Of a stretch of DNA of 64,000 nt, positions 59,453-64,000 are shown piece after piece (position 1 is the stretch's first letter; each line of letters opens with the position of its first letter). Made by a program: the position numbers and the translations under genes. The stretch lies in NCBI GenBank assembly GCA_964016885.1, contig OZ024740.1:221402001-221466000 (forward strand), written 5' to 3'. Source of the DNA: Eledone cirrhosa (Eukaryota). Below the pieces are notes generated by a model that saw only the letters and a program-made list of their open reading frames with translations, searched no databases and had not been told where the DNA came from.

Positions 59453-60784
59453 TATGTATATATACATACCTTTTGTTTATTCTACGATATAAAAGCATAG
59501 TAGTTTTCTGTACAATCACTTTATGTGTTTGAGATCGTTTTATTCGGCTGTGTGAATGTTTGTCTGTGCCAATTTGTGAATATGTGTGGTACTGGGGATA
59601 CGTATTGGGTTATGTTAAGTGTGGAAGTAACTATTAAAAGTAATATTAGTATTGCTGTAATTCTACTCTCGTTCTAAAAGCCAGTTTTAACTTGTAAAAT
59701 CAATACTGCAATATTCAGAAATGCTTCTCAGTTCCCTTGGCTAAAACCGTTGCTTATGTATATACATGAAATATATTGTATACTTGAAACCATTTAATAT
59801 TGTTTTGATGATGATCAGTGTTAACTCATGCGATTCTTTTTAACTATATACAATAAAATATTTGTAGAAAATCGATCTCGGTATTTCAAAGTTCTATCTC
59901 CAGTAATCTATTTATTACTTCAGCTTTGCTTTATTAAGATGGTATGTTAGAATTAATATACGATATGAGGCATATATCTGGAAGCAAGCAAAATTGAGGA
60001 AATGATTCATATTTTGCTATGATCTAATGTTTTGTGATGAGCTATTTAAGCATATTTATGAAAATTGGGCCTTTATTTCATCTTTAACAAATGGCTGTCA
60101 ATATATCCAGTGGTGAGGAAATTCTTAACGTAAAATAGTTTTAGGATTTGATTCATTTGATTCAAACGTTTATTAATATTGTCATTTATAACGGTTCATT
60201 TAGTAATTTTTTGTCATCTCCATATGGGTAAATATCTTTGTGCTTTCAATATCCACTCCATTCAGTCTAATAAATCACCCTAGTTGGAAAACCTTAGAAA
60301 TTAAATGTTTTACAAGATGCAATTGGCACTTTTATGAATGCTTGAAAATTTCATTGATGCTTCGTTTCAAATGCTGAACAACTCGACATAGTCAAACCTA
60401 ACTGGTAAAGAAGTTCGCTTTGCAATTATCATGTTCGATATCAATGCATTTCATCTTGAGCAAGGCTCTTTACTACAACATTTTTGTGTTATTTCTTAAA
60501 CCTTGTGAGTTAAATTAAGTAGATGGAAAATGAGGAAGTCTGTCGGATGGATTATGTCAGTAATTTACTGTGGCAGTCTTGCCATATAATGTCGAGTCGA
60601 TTTGGATTGGGAATTACGTTATGGGTACATGAGTCTGTGGAATACTCAACCACTTACACGTTAATTTCCGAGTCGGACGTTAATATTCGAAACCGATAGA
60701 CGATCTATCAAACAGTTGAAGCATCAAAACAGAAAATTTTGTTGCTTTGAATCAATTAAATATGTTATTATTTTGTCTATAATC

Positions 60785-61000
60785 AGGGCGGTGTATTTGC
60801 AGTATTGGTAGAGCATCAGACACCAGGCTTTGCAGTATAGAGTTATGGCCCTTTACGTTCTGAGTTCAAATCCCTCTGAGGTTAGCTTTGCCTTTCATTC
60901 TTACGGGGTCGATAAAATAAAGCACCAGTAACGTACTGGGGTCGATTTAATCGACCCCCCCTCAAATTACTGAACTTGTGCCTAAATGAGAAACCATTAT
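60785..61000 (+). mobile_element. SINE family 1
   Basis: A/B boxes and core; TSD ATTATTTTGTCWATAATC. Confidence 0.8.
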
Positions 61001-61669
61001 TTTGTCAATAATCGAAATTTGACATAACAAATTATCTTAATTTATGACACTATATTTAATTTAAAATTTTAGTTTTCCTTAGTAATTTACGTTAAAATGC
61101 CTGAGAAGCCCAGAAGTTCATCAGCCGTTAAGCAACTGAAAGTACAACAAGCATCCTCTGGACAGAACGCCAGTCCGTAGCAGGTCTAACTTCTCCAGCT
61201 GTTAACGATACTCATTTCCTTCAGCCGAGTATATTGGTGTAAAATGAAGTGAAGTCTACTGCTCACGAACACAACGCACCACCAAGGCCCGGTGTAGAAT
61301 CCATGACCGACGATCGTTAGCCAAATACCCACAACGCCAAGGCCGTTCGCCATAATAATAAGGTCATTTAAATGTTAGACTTGAAATCCATATATAATGC
61401 TCACTGATATGCTGGAGAATGTCAACACGGATTTATTTTATATCACTGCAACGTCTGTTTGCATCTTAAGAAATTACGATGTGGAAAAGGATGCGAGATG
61501 AAATATTCTATTTGCTCTTTTGCTATGGAGAAACTTTTCACACGTCGATGAGAAAACATTTATCTGTTAAAGTGTAGAAATTAGACATGTGACCTGATTA
61601 TGGTTGTTGTCGTTGGTATTCATATGCTTTATCTCAGGTTAGCCTTGATTGGGCAAATTACTATAAAGG

Positions 61670-61880
61670 TTTCAGATTTAGGCACAAGGCCAGCAAATGT
61701 TTATTTGGGAAGTCGATTTGGGAAGACCAGTGCGTTACTGGTACATTATTCTGTCAATCCCGTAAATATGAAAGGCAAAGTCGACCTCGGTGGGATTTCA
61801 ACTCAGAACGCAAAGGGCCGTAACTCTATGCCATGAAGCATAGAATCCGACGCTCAACCGATACTGTCAACCCCCCACCC
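61670..61880 (-). mobile_element. SINE family 1 (diverged)
   Basis: Minus-strand core GAAAGGCAAAGTCGACCTCGGTGGGATTT. Confidence 0.7.
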
Positions 61881-63852
61881 TTGCAAACCATTATAATAAA
61901 AGGTGTTCCAGTCGTGAATATCCATGCTTTTATATATTAGGAAATACGTTGCCAAATGAATTCATTATTTGAACTAATAAATAGGATTTGATGAAAGGGA
62001 TTTGATAGGGATGTGGATGATGTTAGCAGGTTAAGTAACTTCTTTGAGATCTCTTGCCGGATGATCTTACTTAATGGGTTTTATTGGGACATCTATCGAT
62101 AATTTTGCATTTTTTAATGGTAATCAGGTACAATAATATAACTGAAAGAATCCATTAGCAAAATATTCTCAATGTAAACGCAACTTCTAACATTGTTTTG
62201 TTGGCTGTGTGGTTAAGAAGTTCCTCCCTCATCTATATGGTTTAGGGTTCGATCCAATTGAACGGTACTTTAAGAAAATAACTTCTCTCTTATATTCGAG
62301 GCTACCAGAACCTTATAAGAGAGAGAGAGAGAGAGCTTTTGACAGACACTGTGTAAAAACAGTCCTGAGGCATCGTTCGTGTTCTAGGGCGATGGACTTA
62401 ATCTGTCGCCCGGTTTTTACATCATCAAATGACCTCTGGGTAACTTTAAAGAAGTTCACTTTGTTTCAAATATTTGGGCTAGGTCTCCGGTTTGATTATT
62501 TCTGTAGACTTGAAAGCCACAAGGAAGATCATAGTCATTGTTATTCTGTTTTTGACAAACTCATATAAAACAAATTAGCACCTACATACGAAGAGCATAA
62601 TTTTGTAATTATGAAACGATATTATCATACTAATTGATCAGTTGAATTCGTTTTAATTATAAACTAATTTGGGAAAAATTTATATTCAAATCTTGAGGTG
62701 TTTCATAATTAAGCTTTAATTTCGTACACTGTTTTCTTTTTTTTGCAAATAAATTTGAATTGTTTCATAAATTACAGCATATATTCAATAAAAATCTACA
62801 TAATATATACAAATCCAATGTAAGCAGTTATTTGAAAATCAAATTGAGTAGTGTTGATATACAGCAGAGGTTTTCAAACTGAGTGTCTTAATACTATAGT
62901 GTGTTGCCGATAATCTCTTGGTGGGAGTCGAAATTAAAAACTGCCTGATCAATTTTAACGAATACGTAATTAGCAGCGAAGTCTATTTGAGATCTGGCAA
63001 CTCTGCATACAAATAGACATGTGACTGGTGACACGTGATATGATATTTAATTGGTTATTATTTCGTTAATTTCATGTAGTTAAAATATAAAGAATCATGG
63101 AATATTTTAGCTGTTAATATCGCCAACGTGAAAATTTGACAAAACTCTAATATATAAGAAAGCTATATTTCTAAATTACATTTGTATTTCATACTATAAT
63201 TGGAAGATTTACAAAAGAAATCAACATTTAACAAAAGCTAATTCATTTAAAATGTATGATACTCAGGTAAGCCAAATAAATTACAACAAGTAATCTTTAA
63301 GAAATAATAAAGAGTACAATGCAGATAGAACTATAAAGATGGAACTAGAGTAAAAGGAATGACAAAACAAAGTAATGTTTTTAGTCTATATATTTCAAAG
63401 TAAAAACCTTTTCAAATGATTTACGATGGATGCAGGAAAATGAAATGTTCTGTTCTCCCGAATTTTTCCTGTTTTGTGTGTGTGACTGACTGTTAGTGGA
63501 GGTGTGAAATGCGCAGACCGTCTATAACGGTTCTGATTCATTATTTATGCTCGGGATATGTCTGTTTATAATGAAAGTTTATTAATTCGTAAATTATTCA
63601 CCTTCGTGGCCTCTATGGTGATCACAATGTCTCGTGTGTAACATTTTTTTAGGTGTCGTTTGACAAAGAAAGCTCTCATGGACGTGTTTTCTTTGATGTG
63701 TGACATCCAGACTGTGCTTCCAATGTATGAGCTACCATAGTTTCTGCCAACCACATACAATATCATGCACATTTCCACGTGTTGAATTTAGACTATTTAT
63801 AACCACAGTTAATAAATAGTAAAAATTTAAACAAATGTACACCTAACAACGT

Positions 63853-64000
63853 GGACGCACGTGGACTAGTGGTGAGGGTGTTGGACTTACGATCACAATG
63901 TCGTGGGTTCGATTCATAGGTTGTGTGTTGTGTTCATGAGCAAAACACTTCATTTCCCGTGGCTCCAGTATACTCAGCTGAAAATGAGTACCAGCAATAG
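63853..64000 (+). mobile_element. SINE family 2 (CORE-like), runs to the window end
   Basis: TGGACTAGTGG A box, GGTTCGATTC B box, TGTTCATGAGCAAAACACTT core. Confidence 0.7.

Noticed and set aside
63566-63790. Possible host exon (plus 63653-63723 between TTTTTTAG and GTATGA, or the minus-strand ORF)
   Set aside because: Splice-like signals exist, but there is no recognisable protein or partner exon; needs RNA-seq.

Overview
AT-rich, microsatellite-dense eukaryotic non-coding DNA. An invertebrate, probably an octopus or other coleoid cephalopod, is inferred from the SINE families and repeat content; this is not proven. No host protein-coding gene can be supported, and most listed ORFs are translations of (TA)n, (CA)n or (GA)n tracts. 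Transposon content: a near full-length degenerate R4/Dong-clade retrotransposon in a (TACA)n tract, two Penelope-like (PLE; GIY-YIG) ORF remnants, RTE, CRE and Ingi/Vingi-like 3' fragments, about 25 tRNA-derived SINEs and several MITEs. The main signal is roughly 30-35 type I hammerhead ribozyme (HHR) motifs, intact or degenerate, from more than 10 sequence families, all folded by eye. They sit in small non-coding cassettes inside (TA)n tracts, either as tandem retrozyme-like arrays or as asymmetric fold-backs (short inverted arm / ribozyme / long arm plus tail). Three families use a compensatory U3-A8 core (TTGAWAA instead of CTGANGA) with covarying stems, and two use a U4C core. Coordinates were counted manually and may be off by a few bases.
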